NCBI GenBank assembly: GCA_017380635.1
Contig: JAFODP010000004.1
Span: forward strand, 22,828 to 86,827
Direction of reading: 5' to 3'
Source of the DNA: Bacteroidales bacterium
GTDB taxonomy: Bacteria; Bacteroidota; Bacteroidia; Bacteroidales; UBA1402
DNA length: 64,000 bases
The notes below the pieces were generated by a model that was not told the DNA's origin, did not search any database, and saw only the letters and a list, made by a program, of their open reading frames with translations. The position numbers were made by a program, and so were the translations under genes. Position 1 is the stretch's first letter; each line of letters starts with the position of its first letter. Below are positions 9,315 to 19,439 of the stretch, piece after piece.

Positions 9315-9337
9315 TCGTCTTCGAAATAAGCGCTCAG

Positions 9338-9371
9338 GCTTCCTGTTTTCCAAAAGCAGGAAGCTTTTTTT
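9338..9371 (+). terminator. Rho-independent terminator after the GH28 gene
   Basis: Stem GCTTCCTG (9338-9345) pairs with CAGGAAGC (9357-9364) and is followed by T7. Confidence 0.75.
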
Positions 9372-9557
9372 GCTAATAAAGATTGCACATTGTTAATAGG
9401 CAAGCAGGCGATGGCTACATAATCTTATTATTTCTTAAAAAAGAAGTCAAAATATTGTGCATTTCAGAAATGCTGTACTTTTGGGGCCATCAAACAAAAA
9501 CAACACAAAAACCGAATTCAATCATCAACCTTTCTTTTCATCCTTAATTAATTTACC

Positions 9558-10088
9558 ATGAAAACACTACTTACCCTTTCAACGGCCATGTGCCTGCTCA
9601 GCTGCGGATCTTGTCATGCTCAGAAAATGAACGACGAGATGCCCTACGACAACTCCACCGTGCAAACCCTCAATCTGAACCGCTATTTGGGCGATTGGTA
9701 CGAAATTGCTCGCTTCGACCATTCTTTCGAACGCGACATGGACTACACGCGTGCCTACTACGAACTGCGTCCCGACGGCAAAGTGGACGTGTTCAACTCG
9801 GGCTTCAAGCACGGTAAATTCAAGATGGCAAAAGGCAAAGCCAAACTCACCGACGATCCGGCTAGATTGCGCGTATCTTTCTTCGGACCATTCTACTCCG
9901 ATTACAGGGTGCTCTACATCGACCCGAATTATCAATATGTGTTGGTGGGAAGCAAAAGCCCTAAGTATCTGTGGATATTGTCGCGCAAACCGCAAATGGA
10001 TGTCACAAGCAAATATCTGCTGGTGAACGAAGCCGCCATGAGAGGCTACGACGTGGACAAACTTATTTGGGTAAAGCAATACCGATAA
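9558..10088 (+). CDS. blc: Bacterial lipocalin (outer-membrane lipoprotein Blc)
   Basis: Lipobox LLSCG. Lipocalin signature: LNRYLGDWYEIARFDHSFE. Confidence 0.88.
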   Translation: MKTLLTLSTAMCLLSCGSCHAQKMNDEMPYDNSTVQTLNLNRYLGDWYEIARFDHSFERDMDYTRAYYELRPDGKVDVFNSGFKHGKFKMAKGKAKLTDDPARLRVSFFGPFYSDYRVLYIDPNYQYVLVGSKSPKYLWILSRKPQMDVTSKYLLVNEAAMRGYDVDKLIWVKQYR

Positions 10089-10237
10089 TTTTTCAATGTG
10101 AATGTGGTGAGAGTGCTTGCCGCCGGGGGACCCGGCGGCAAGCACCTTTCATTCCCCCAACCCTCATTTCCTCAGCTTTTCATCACCCGGCCTGTCCCTT
10201 TCACTTTCCGGCGAAAAACATTACCTTTGCCGCCATC

Positions 10238-11086
10238 ATGGAAAAGAGCTACACACTAAATCAACGTTCCGGATTGATACTCGAAGGCGGCGGCATGCGC
10301 GGCGTCTTCACCATCGGCGCACTCGACAACCTGATGGACCGCGGCATACGTTTTCCCTACAGTATCGGAGTCAGTGCCGGCGCCTGCAATGGCCTGTCGT
10401 ACATGTCCCATCAACGCGGACGCGCCAAAATGAGCAACATCGACCTGATGGAAAAATACCATTACATTAGCCTGAAAAACCTGATTTTCAAAAGAAACCT
10501 CATCGACTTCGATTTACTTTTCGATGTCTTCCCCAACCAGATCTGCCCTTACGATTATCCGGCTTTCGCCCAATGCAAGGAACGCTTCGAAATGGTCACC
10601 ACCAGCTGCGAAAGCGGCCAGGCCTGCTACTACGACGAACACGAAAATCCACAGCGCATTATTGATATTGTGCGGGCTTCCAGCAGTTTGCCCTTCGTCT
10701 GCCCCATCGCATACGTAGACGGACAGCCCATGTTGGACGGCGGCATTGCCGATTCCATTCCCCTGCTTCGCGCCCGCAGCCAAGGCTACGACAATAATCT
10801 GGTGATTCTCACGCGCAACCAAGGCTATCGCAAGAGCGACAAGCCGAGCCGACTTTTCGGATTCTACCGGCAATATCCTCATCTTCGCGAAGCTATCAGA
10901 AATCGCAACGCGCTATACAACAAACAGTTGGATTATGTAGAAAAAGAAGAGGCCGCAGGCAATATCATCGTGATTCGTCCCGAAAAACCCATCCAGGTAG
11001 ATCGCATGGAACGCAATACACAAAAACTGCTCGACCTCTATCAGCAAGGCTACGACGCGGCAGCCTCGCTCCAAATCAATTTTTAA
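10238..11086 (+). CDS. Patatin-like phospholipase
   Basis: Starts at the ATG at 10238 (MEKSYTL...). Motifs: oxyanion GGGMRG, nucleophile elbow GVSAG, catalytic DGG (MLDGGIADSIP). The long upstream extension of ORF 9971 overlaps blc and was rejected. Confidence 0.88.
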   Translation: MEKSYTLNQRSGLILEGGGMRGVFTIGALDNLMDRGIRFPYSIGVSAGACNGLSYMSHQRGRAKMSNIDLMEKYHYISLKNLIFKRNLIDFDLLFDVFPNQICPYDYPAFAQCKERFEMVTTSCESGQACYYDEHENPQRIIDIVRASSSLPFVCPIAYVDGQPMLDGGIADSIPLLRARSQGYDNNLVILTRNQGYRKSDKPSRLFGFYRQYPHLREAIRNRNALYNKQLDYVEKEEAAGNIIVIRPEKPIQVDRMERNTQKLLDLYQQGYDAAASLQINF

Positions 11087-11087
11087 A

Positions 11088-11792
11088 CTAGTTCTTCAAG
11101 TAATACGACACCGAAGTCACCACGCGCACTTTCTTGATATAAGGCGTGTTCTGATCTCGGTTGCTGATGGTAAAAGTGCCTTGGCTGGCATCGCTGATCT
11201 TGCCGAGTTTACTGCCCGAATCTTTGGCAAATTTTTCGGCTGCTTCGCGCGCATTACGCGTAGCTTCTTCTATCATTTCCGGCTTGATGTCGTTCAAAGC
11301 CTCGTAGGTAAATTCCACGGGATTTTCCCAATTGTTTTCCGCAATCAGCACATTCTTGGTAAGCAATTCCGACTGACGCGACATCAACGAACGCACCAAA
11401 TCCACCTGCGAACTGCAAACGGTAATCACCGAAGTGGCAATGTATCGGTAAGCGCGGTTGTTGTCGCCATATTCGTTGGCAAATTTGTCCGAAATGGAAG
11501 GATTGGCCACCGACACTTCTTCGCCCGCAATGCCATTGCGCTGCAAAAAGCGTAGCACTTCCTCCTGCTGACGGGCAATTTCGGCATACAATTGCTGATT
11601 GTCGTTAGACATCACCTTGAAAGTAATGGGCCAAATTACCTTGTCGGCTTTCACCTCGCGTTCGCACAAACCTTTCACATACACCGTTCTGTTGGAACTG
11701 CGCATCACTTTGACGGCCACGGGCATCATCGCACCCAAAAACATCAGTCCCAGCATAATACAAATGCCGCCGTAGAATTTTCCTTTGTCCAT
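11088..11792 (-). CDS. SIMPL/DUF541 domain protein with N-terminal membrane anchor (last gene of the caspase operon)
   Basis: N-terminal TM segment: GGICIMLGLMFLGAMMPVAV. Pattern VYVKGLCEREVKADKVIWPITF ... EATRNAREAAEKFAKDSG resembles SIMPL. It lies 10 nt downstream of the preceding gene. Confidence 0.7.
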   Translation of the reverse strand: MDKGKFYGGICIMLGLMFLGAMMPVAVKVMRSSNRTVYVKGLCEREVKADKVIWPITFKVMSNDNQQLYAEIARQQEEVLRFLQRNGIAGEEVSVANPSISDKFANEYGDNNRAYRYIATSVITVCSSQVDLVRSLMSRQSELLTKNVLIAENNWENPVEFTYEALNDIKPEMIEEATRNAREAAEKFAKDSGSKLGKISDASQGTFTISNRDQNTPYIKKVRVVTSVSYYLKN

Positions 11793-11802
11793 GGTAATAA
11801 GT

Positions 11803-12672
11803 TTATTGCTTGATATCGATATACATCACCTTTACGCCCATGTGAGTATCTCTGGCACGACGCTTATTCAGCCAATTGGTAAAATCGGCAAAACTCAATT
11901 GTCTTGGCAATCCATCTTGCAACTGCGTATCGACAGCCTTTGTGAAAGGATTCTCAGAGAAAATGACGTAGATACGATTTCTCTCAACAGGCGCCGAAGA
12001 AGTCAAAGTATATTCATCTACGATGGCTTTTTCCTTGGGTTCCTTATCTATAGAGAAAAATACATATTCTTGTCCGTGCTTCACCGGATACAAACCATCG
12101 GCATCACCCGCATAAGGGAGCAAGCAATATGCATCGGGGGCCTCATCTACCAAATACACAGCCACATAACCATCGGAAGGAGCCTTGAAATGCAGATACA
12201 TATCGTCGCCCGTTCTGAAGTGCGTGTCGGCAAATTTCAGGTCGGTACCGTTTTTCAATACAGAAGCAGAGAAATCGGCAATCTCGTTGCTCACCGCGCG
12301 GGCCATACCACAAACACTACATTTCACCACCAACATATCTTGCACAAACTCAATACTATACACAGGATCTCCAACATTTTCCAGCCATTCACCCTTCACC
12401 TCGACAGAACTCAATTGAGAGAAAAAGGTATGATCGCCTGCGTCATCGTGGGTCTCTGTCTGCATGGTGCTTTGAGCCACCACCGTGCCGAATTCTTGTG
12501 CCAAGGCTTGCAACTTCGCTTTTTCCAAGGCAAAAGCTTTTGCCTCATTCACAGAGACATCGCCTTCAGCATAATAGACATATTCTCCACAAACTTTCTT
12601 ATTTCGCTGTGCCGAGAGAGAAAAGGCAACAGAGAAAAGCAACAGAAATCCCAGTAGTTTTATCGCTTTCAT
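11803..12672 (-). CDS. Exported LPP20-like / DUF4384 domain protein
   Basis: ATG at 12672. Signal peptide MKAIKLLGFLLLFSVAFSLSAQ. The C-terminal half (FRTGDDMYLHFKAPSDGYVAVYLVDEAPDAYCLLPY...RIYVIFSENPF) fits my recollection of the DUF4384 pattern (GD-x-l-x-f, dGYv-vy, LlP). Confidence 0.6.
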   Translation of the reverse strand: MKAIKLLGFLLLFSVAFSLSAQRNKKVCGEYVYYAEGDVSVNEAKAFALEKAKLQALAQEFGTVVAQSTMQTETHDDAGDHTFFSQLSSVEVKGEWLENVGDPVYSIEFVQDMLVVKCSVCGMARAVSNEIADFSASVLKNGTDLKFADTHFRTGDDMYLHFKAPSDGYVAVYLVDEAPDAYCLLPYAGDADGLYPVKHGQEYVFFSIDKEPKEKAIVDEYTLTSSAPVERNRIYVIFSENPFTKAVDTQLQDGLPRQLSFADFTNWLNKRRARDTHMGVKVMYIDIKQ

Positions 12673-12688
12673 TATTGTTTGGTTCATA

Positions 12689-15268
12689 TTATTCAAGGGT
12701 CGTATTTGAGTTGACATCCTCAGCGTTATCTGTGGCCACCTCGATACGATTGTTCAACTTGAGTGCCTGCCAATCGGAAGTAATATAGTTCGATACAGAA
12801 ACCGTCGGCGTCTGGCGCTTATCATTAATCAGAATGGATTCTCTACCCACATTATCTCTAACGTATTCACTAAGTTCCATCAAGGTGATGTCACCCTTGG
12901 TTTCTTGCAGTTTTTTCAAAAGGAAGTAAGTGAACATTCCATGACCTTTATCCTTGTAGGGCATAGCGGTTTCGTCGTTAGATACAGCGCTGAAAACAAT
13001 GGTATTTCCGGTGGGGACAGCCATTTTAGGCTTGATAGCCACACCACGAGCATCGGCCACCATACCTCCATCACGTTTCGAACCGCTGAAACAAGCATCC
13101 ATAAACACCATCACCGAGCGAGCTTCCATAGCCCCCAACTGCGCATAGATATCAGTCAGAGAGAAACGGACACCAGTACTCTTGCCATTGGCATCGGTAG
13201 GCAGCAAATATGCATCACGACTCGATTCATCGGGAATACCATGACCAGCATAATAGAAAATAACGTCCATATCGCCACCACGCACAGAGGCCAAGGAAGT
13301 AATCTTGTCCATAGCTTCGAGCATGATACCATATGAAGCATCCGTGTAGAGCAATACATTCTTTTCGGGAACACCCAAAGTTTTCTGGCAATACTCAGCA
13401 AAAACTTCGCCATCGTGCAAGGCAAAAGGCACCTTGGGAACACGGGTATAATTTTCGTTGGCAATCACCACTGCATAAAGACTTTCGTTCTGAGAAGCAT
13501 TTTGAGGAATGTTCACATCCACATCGGAGCGGATAGCGCCCACCTTGACAGATTGCTTGCCAACATTAGGTCCATTGCCCGATTCTGCGGCATACATTTC
13601 GCCCGAGAGAGGATCGAAGGTCACGTCTACCACAGTTTCCACATAGTTCAAGTTTTTGTCCACATCGTAACGATAAGATTTTCCGGTAGGCATCACAAAG
13701 GTAATACCCGACAATTGCAGTTTATCGTTATTGATGTAAAATTCAGGATTTTCAAATTTCACAGCCGTCCAAGTACTTTCAAAGGTTTTGGCTTCGTTGT
13801 TGGCACGAGGCACGGGAAGAATAATGTTTCCATATCTCGATTCTACCAAGAACACTTCATGGTCGGCATCGTAAGGTTTCAGAGACATATCCTCGATACG
13901 AACCTTCTGTGCATAGTTGGCAATGTATTTCTTTTCAGCTTCTTCAAGAAGTTCTTTAGCCTTTAGCTTTCGCGTTTCTTCGGTCACACGCACTTGGTAT
14001 TCGGCAATGGTTTCGTATGGATCCTTAGCTTGCCAGTCGCGGATACGGGGTTCCACATATTCCTTGGCAAATAATGAATACAAAGGAGCTTCCACTTCGG
14101 CAGTCGATTGACCGGCGCCATAGACTGTACCCGAAGAAGCATTGGCATTGTCAGAGAAAGCCACCAAAGAAGGAGCCACATCGACAGCCACTGTAGGAGC
14201 GCCCAAATTGGCCAACTTCATATTGATATTATCCAATTGTTCTTTATTACCCTTGTAACTGTAAGCCGTAGCTAAGGCAGTCATGTACTTTACGTTATTA
14301 GGGGTATTGTACACCACACTTTCCAGCACAGGAATAGCAGCCATGAAATAATTATCAGCCTGTTGGTCATACATCTTGGCATCTTTCTTCGATTCGGCCA
14401 TATTCGAACGAACATAATTCATCACGGCCATATTGTAATAGTTCAAAGCCAAATGCTGAGAAATACCCAAGTTACTGGGAGAAAGTTTGTTCAACTGATC
14501 GTAGATGGCCAATGCACTCTGATAATCCTGCATTTCTTCGTACAACTGACCTTGCATGCTCAAAAGACCTTCGTCCTGTGGACTCAGTTCCAAAGCCTTA
14601 CTGATGTACTCCTGCAATTTCACCTTATCTTCAATAATCAGACAAGTGTTGATAGCCATTTTCAGAACTTCCAAATTGGCAGGATACTGCATCATCATCT
14701 CATTCAGAACGCTCATGGTCATCTGATAATCTTGAACATTGGTGTGGGCCTTAGCCAAAAAGTAATACACATTCTGACGATTGTTGGCCACACCGGTATC
14801 GAGGTAAGCCCTCAAATACTTGATAGCACGGTTAAAATCTTGTGTATTGTAAGTATTGGCGGCAGCGAAGTATGCCATGGTCGGATACATTTCACCATGC
14901 ATGGTCATGTCATTCCTAAATTCAGGCATCAAAGCCACATCCACATACGACTGAGCAGCTTTCAGCGCCTTGGCCGGCTGACCATGATTCGAATAATAAG
15001 CCGCTGCATTATACAAATAAGGATACAATTCACGGATAACACCTTTGGCCTGGTTGTAAGCAGGTGTACTAGGTGAATACATAGTAATAATGGCTGCATA
15101 ATCATCGTAACAAGTCTGTAGCGCCGTGTACAACTGATCGTCAGAATTTGCCTGCGTCTTCAGCAAATTAAATTGTTGATAGTTGGCAGCCGCTTTTTCT
15201 ATATTCTGCGCCTGAACCAGACAGACAGCCATCAAAAACAAAATAATGATTCCAAAAAATCGTCTCAT
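12689..15268 (-). CDS. Exported TPR-repeat protein with a C-terminal caspase-like (peptidase C14) domain
   Basis: Signal peptide MRRFFGIIILFLMAVCLVQAQ (ATG 15268; an alternative ATG lies at 15289). The N-terminal ~350 aa are helical TPR-like repeats. The C-terminal domain has the caspase His-Cys dyad context IFYYAGHG ... VFMDACFSGSKRDGG. Confidence 0.8.
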   Translation of the reverse strand: MRRFFGIIILFLMAVCLVQAQNIEKAAANYQQFNLLKTQANSDDQLYTALQTCYDDYAAIITMYSPSTPAYNQAKGVIRELYPYLYNAAAYYSNHGQPAKALKAAQSYVDVALMPEFRNDMTMHGEMYPTMAYFAAANTYNTQDFNRAIKYLRAYLDTGVANNRQNVYYFLAKAHTNVQDYQMTMSVLNEMMMQYPANLEVLKMAINTCLIIEDKVKLQEYISKALELSPQDEGLLSMQGQLYEEMQDYQSALAIYDQLNKLSPSNLGISQHLALNYYNMAVMNYVRSNMAESKKDAKMYDQQADNYFMAAIPVLESVVYNTPNNVKYMTALATAYSYKGNKEQLDNINMKLANLGAPTVAVDVAPSLVAFSDNANASSGTVYGAGQSTAEVEAPLYSLFAKEYVEPRIRDWQAKDPYETIAEYQVRVTEETRKLKAKELLEEAEKKYIANYAQKVRIEDMSLKPYDADHEVFLVESRYGNIILPVPRANNEAKTFESTWTAVKFENPEFYINNDKLQLSGITFVMPTGKSYRYDVDKNLNYVETVVDVTFDPLSGEMYAAESGNGPNVGKQSVKVGAIRSDVDVNIPQNASQNESLYAVVIANENYTRVPKVPFALHDGEVFAEYCQKTLGVPEKNVLLYTDASYGIMLEAMDKITSLASVRGGDMDVIFYYAGHGIPDESSRDAYLLPTDANGKSTGVRFSLTDIYAQLGAMEARSVMVFMDACFSGSKRDGGMVADARGVAIKPKMAVPTGNTIVFSAVSNDETAMPYKDKGHGMFTYFLLKKLQETKGDITLMELSEYVRDNVGRESILINDKRQTPTVSVSNYITSDWQALKLNNRIEVATDNAEDVNSNTTLE

Positions 15269-15278
15269 AAAAATTATA

Positions 15279-17351
15279 TTATAATGCATCTACGAAAATC
15301 ATTGAAACACTGATACGACGATATTCACCGCCCTTACCTTTGCTCAGTTCGATATGATACTTGTAATCAACATCCATATCAGAAACCCCCTTGATATTAT
15401 TGGTAATGTACTGACCAACACCCAAGGCACGCAACATTGCCAATTGTTCGTTCTGAGTAATACCACCCTTCTTGGTCAGCGTAATATTACTTAGTTCATT
15501 GCCCTTATACATGGGTTCTTTTTCCAATTCTCCATAACAACCATCGTAAGCAATCTTGCCATGAATAGGCATAGAATCGGCCATACCCGTGATATGAAGA
15601 ATCAGTTTCTTACCTTCCTTAATATACTTCGAGAATTCGCCTTCGAAAGCTTCCTTCATAATGGACAACATCGACATAGCCGCGCCGGAATCTTCCACTT
15701 TGTACTTACCGGGAGCAAAGTCTTCTTTGGCAGAGAATCCCACTTCCACCTCGTACGACAATTCGATACTATAGTTTCTGATATTATTTCCTTCGGCATC
15801 TACATCCGTTTTGATGTCGGTGTTAACCGAGATGTTGGTATGGTCGGAAATCACATTTCTTTCCTTGGCGGTTTCAATCACGGCCGTCTTAATTTCCTGA
15901 AGCATCACTTCTTGCATATTGGTCTGTTGAACCAATTCGAGAGGCACAAATTCTTCTTCAGACACCAAGAATTCAACATCACGTTTTTCGGTGTTGTCGT
16001 AAGTATAAGACTTACCTGTAGATTTGTTATACACTTCGGCATAAATCAACTCAAACTTATCGTCCTCGGTAATACCATACTTCGCGTTACGGAATTCCAA
16101 ATTGCCGGGATCCATAAAATCGGTCACTTCTTCGTTAGGAACGGCCAAATAAATAGAAGGCATATTGTCGAAATTCACCGCCAACATATTAGACTCGGTG
16201 CTGTAATTACCCAAAGACACTTCCGACATCTGTACCATATTTTCAGCCAACTGAGTAGAAATTTCCTGTTCAAAAAGACGCATTTGCTGTTCACGGCTTT
16301 CATCGTTTACACGAAGTGAGTAGGCTTCCATACTTTCATTAGGCATCTGCTTCAGCCATTCAGCCATATTCTTATCTACTTGATCTGAAATCAATTGCTT
16401 GTAATAAGGCACCAAAGATGTCATCAACTTATAGACGATGGACAAATAATTGTTATACACCAGGAACACCTGATTATCAGCACCTTCAATAAAAATAGTT
16501 TCTGTAATACCGCCATTTTCATTGGTAAACGACAAACGGTCTTTGTTGTCGAGCAAGTTGACGATAACAATGCTGTCTTGAGATGTCAAAACCGACACAT
16601 ATTTTCCGCTGGGATGGAAATCGCAATGCTTTGCTTCTCCCAATTCGCCATAAGTTCCTTGCAAGGTAAAGTGTTGAGTATCATAGATAGACAACACACC
16701 ATCGGCTGTTACCACGGCCATAGACTTACTATCGTCCGAGAAGCTGAAAGCGTTCACCTTGCTATCTTTCTGCAAAGTTGTACGCAGGTTCTTGCTTTCG
16801 TAATTCCATACTGACAACGAAGAATCGCAGGCACTGGCTGCCAAGAAATAAGAATTCGGACTCACAGCCATATAATTAGCCGTAAAAGCCGTAGGAATAT
16901 TCACGATAGGTTCGTAAGTTCTAGCATCGTACACCAGAATCTGGTTTTCAGTAGAAATAAGGAAATTTTTGGCATTCGGTGTGTAAGCGATCGCACTGGG
17001 ATTGACCAATTTCTTATACGACTTGAGAAGAACATCCACACCATGAAAATCGTATACAGAGACTTTCTTCACATCCTTTTTCTGAGAAAGAATGGCATAA
17101 GACGAACCAGAAGGATTAATTTTCAACGACTTAATCATTCCATCAACTTCACAAATCGGAAAGCTCCTCATGGTAAAAGCTTGGGATTCATCGAAGAAGT
17201 ATGAAGCCATATAATAGCTGTCAAAACCACTGGGACAAGCTTTCGTAGTAAACACGTACTCGCTCTTGTACTGGCCGCCTTCCGATTGCGCCATCAGCGG
17301 AGCGGACATCATAATCAATGCAAAGGCAATCATGCTGAAGATTGCCTTCAT
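15279..17351 (-). CDS. Exported WD40/beta-propeller-like protein with a C-terminal OmpA-like (peptidoglycan-binding) domain
   Basis: Signal peptide MKAIFSMIAFALIMMSAPLMAQ. The first ~320 aa contain repeated beta-strand blades (VSVYDFHG, ILVYDARTYEP, LSVWNYES, LSIYDTQHF, IVIVNLLDN). The C-terminus (ITGMADSMP...NEQLAMLRALGVGQYI...GGEYRRISVSMIF) resembles OmpA_C. Confidence 0.6.
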   Translation of the reverse strand: MKAIFSMIAFALIMMSAPLMAQSEGGQYKSEYVFTTKACPSGFDSYYMASYFFDESQAFTMRSFPICEVDGMIKSLKINPSGSSYAILSQKKDVKKVSVYDFHGVDVLLKSYKKLVNPSAIAYTPNAKNFLISTENQILVYDARTYEPIVNIPTAFTANYMAVSPNSYFLAASACDSSLSVWNYESKNLRTTLQKDSKVNAFSFSDDSKSMAVVTADGVLSIYDTQHFTLQGTYGELGEAKHCDFHPSGKYVSVLTSQDSIVIVNLLDNKDRLSFTNENGGITETIFIEGADNQVFLVYNNYLSIVYKLMTSLVPYYKQLISDQVDKNMAEWLKQMPNESMEAYSLRVNDESREQQMRLFEQEISTQLAENMVQMSEVSLGNYSTESNMLAVNFDNMPSIYLAVPNEEVTDFMDPGNLEFRNAKYGITEDDKFELIYAEVYNKSTGKSYTYDNTEKRDVEFLVSEEEFVPLELVQQTNMQEVMLQEIKTAVIETAKERNVISDHTNISVNTDIKTDVDAEGNNIRNYSIELSYEVEVGFSAKEDFAPGKYKVEDSGAAMSMLSIMKEAFEGEFSKYIKEGKKLILHITGMADSMPIHGKIAYDGCYGELEKEPMYKGNELSNITLTKKGGITQNEQLAMLRALGVGQYITNNIKGVSDMDVDYKYHIELSKGKGGEYRRISVSMIFVDAL

Positions 17352-17402
17352 GGGCACATTTTCCATAAATCTCTTTAGTTTAGTTAATATTTATATTTAT
17401 AT

Positions 17403-17825
17403 TTATTCCACTTTCTCGTACACAGCCGTCACGCCAAATTCGTCTTCGTAGGCGAGCGTCTGCAAGGTCAGTTTGGTAATATGATATTGTTTGGGGATGA
17501 TAGCGTCGCTGATTTCCATTTTGTGCAAATGCGTGAACAGCGTCTTGTCTACCGTCCAGGTGAAATGCGAAGCTTCTTCTTCCTTGATATCTTCGGCAGC
17601 ATCCCAGGTAAGGCCCGTGCCATCAGCATTGTAACGATAATACATCGAGCCCGAACGCCACAGTCCGATAAGCAGGTCGGGATCCACTTTCAGTTTTTCA
17701 AACACTTCGGGTTCAATCACTTCCGGTTGATGTACACGCTTCTGATAACGAATCACAAAAACGGCAGTAGCCGCCAAAGCCACGAGCAACAAGCCCATCA
17801 GCAAAAATACTTTCTTGTTTCTCAT
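17403..17825 (-). CDS. Small membrane-anchored hypothetical protein (lipocalin-like beta domain?)
   Basis: N-terminal TM anchor VFLLMGLLLVALAATAVFVI. It lies 4 nt downstream of the preceding gene and has no recognisable catalytic motif. Confidence 0.55.
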   Translation of the reverse strand: MRNKKVFLLMGLLLVALAATAVFVIRYQKRVHQPEVIEPEVFEKLKVDPDLLIGLWRSGSMYYRYNADGTGLTWDAAEDIKEEEASHFTWTVDKTLFTHLHKMEISDAIIPKQYHITKLTLQTLAYEDEFGVTAVYEKVE

Positions 17826-17829
17826 CTCA

Positions 17830-19395
17830 TTACAGTTTTTTCAGTTTGATAATCTCAGGCGTCTGATCTTTAAACTCCGGCATCGACATACCGATGGAAG
17901 CATTCACGTAAGTGGGATCGCAAACATAATATTTACGGCCGCCATAATTGAAAGCATCGCCCGTCAGCTTGGGATCCGCCTCAAAACTTACCGCCGTGGC
18001 CACATGACCTTCGTATTGCAAACCCAGCACTTTGGCCTCGGTAAGCTGGGTCACCAGCCAAGAAAACAAAGCCGAACGGTCTTCGCAATCGCTGTAAGGA
18101 TAGGCAATTACTTCTTCGGGATAAAAATATTTTTCGTAGCCGAATTGCTGTTCGTCGGTTTTATAGGCAAAAGCCGATTGCACGAAAGCAAGCAAAAGCG
18201 CCACCATTTCCTGCTGACTGTAACGCGATTTCTGTGCCGAGAAATAATCGAGCAAAGCCTGTTGCGCTTCGGTGGGCGCATCGGTGCTGAAATAAATGGG
18301 GAACACCGTCATGGGCACATCGTCCAGATAAGCCATGTGACTGGAGTTGTAAGGCAATTGCAAAACAGCTTTTTGCTTAGGCACTTGCAGGCTGCGTTTC
18401 TTGTCGCATGCGCCAATTTTCAGCGTCTGATCGAAATCGAGACCCATCTGTCGCAACACCTGATCTTGTTCGTTGAAAGCGTAAGAATAAATGCTTTCCT
18501 TGGCCGTGCCGCCGCCATAAACGGTATAATATTTGATGTTTTCTTCGTTTTCCTTGAAGCGGAAAAAGATATACGAATACACTTCCTTGTCGTTGTCGAT
18601 GGCCAACAAAAGCGTCAACTTGCCCGATTCGCGTCCGCGAGCCAATTTCACCTTGTAACCACCCTGATTGCGAAGCATATAGAAAAGGAAAAGCACGCGG
18701 TCGTCGCTATTGCTGTGGATGGTTTCGGCCACCGAACGCAACAAACAGAAATGTCCCCAATCGTTCAAACCGAAATTCTTCGCCTGCTCATCGATGGCTT
18801 TCCACAGACTTTCGCTTTCGTATTTGCAACGCGACATAGCACGGAAATAAGCCGCCGCATCGTTTTCCTTGGCGCCTTTGGATTTCACGCAAAGACTCTG
18901 GCTGCAAGGAATGGTCAAAGGACGTCCGTAGAAATCGATCTGCGCCTGATAACCATTGTACACGCCCGGCTTGATTTGATTGGGCACATAAGCCTCGCTG
19001 CTGCCTTGCTCGCTTACCACGGTGCGCATGGCATAAGCACCCGGAGCTGCTGCGCCCGCATGAGTGGTGGGCTGCGTGGTTTCGTCAAAGTTGATGACGG
19101 TTTCCGTTGCCTCGGTACCGGGAGCCACCGGCGCTGCCGTCAATTTAGGTCGCCCCAGACGCAAAGCCGTTTGCTTCATATCTTCGTACACCTGCCACTG
19201 ACGTTCCATAAAGGCCGCATATTCCTCGTTCTGTCTATCGGAAAAAGCCTTGAACTCGGCATCGCGCTGCTCTTCGAAAGCCGCGAAACGACTATTGATC
19301 TGATCCAAATAATCCTGATTGAAATTGCTCTGCGCCGCAGCTGTCAGACAAAGGCCAAACAACAACGAAATCAGACTTAACTCCTTGTATCTCAT
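17830..19395 (-). CDS. Exported transglutaminase-like (papain-fold Cys-His-Asp) protein
   Basis: ATG at 19395. Signal peptide MRYKELSLISLLFGLCLTAAAQ. The C-terminal core YSDCEDRSALFSWLV ... YEGHVATAV ... YYVCDPTY has the spacing and context of the transglutaminase-like C/H/D triad. Confidence 0.6.
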   Translation of the reverse strand: MRYKELSLISLLFGLCLTAAAQSNFNQDYLDQINSRFAAFEEQRDAEFKAFSDRQNEEYAAFMERQWQVYEDMKQTALRLGRPKLTAAPVAPGTEATETVINFDETTQPTTHAGAAAPGAYAMRTVVSEQGSSEAYVPNQIKPGVYNGYQAQIDFYGRPLTIPCSQSLCVKSKGAKENDAAAYFRAMSRCKYESESLWKAIDEQAKNFGLNDWGHFCLLRSVAETIHSNSDDRVLFLFYMLRNQGGYKVKLARGRESGKLTLLLAIDNDKEVYSYIFFRFKENEENIKYYTVYGGGTAKESIYSYAFNEQDQVLRQMGLDFDQTLKIGACDKKRSLQVPKQKAVLQLPYNSSHMAYLDDVPMTVFPIYFSTDAPTEAQQALLDYFSAQKSRYSQQEMVALLLAFVQSAFAYKTDEQQFGYEKYFYPEEVIAYPYSDCEDRSALFSWLVTQLTEAKVLGLQYEGHVATAVSFEADPKLTGDAFNYGGRKYYVCDPTYVNASIGMSMPEFKDQTPEIIKLKKL

Positions 19396-19439
19396 AACTT
19401 TAATGAAAGAATCGGCAAACATTCGCCAAAAGTAATTTG

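Noticed and set aside
17815-19380. A 521-aa plus-strand ORF. Similar long antisense ORFs occur at 61934..63151 (405 aa), 27987..29129 (380 aa), 26995..27876, 5878..6744, 8256..9161, 11785..12657, 14363..15076, 15561..16319, 53841..54575, 56334..57041 and 59801..60574.
   Set aside because: Each lies wholly inside, and antisense to, a gene with clear family motifs. The translated products are repetitive (H, R, F, I, V rich) with no recognisable domains. Stop-poor antisense frames are expected from the codon bias of the sense genes.
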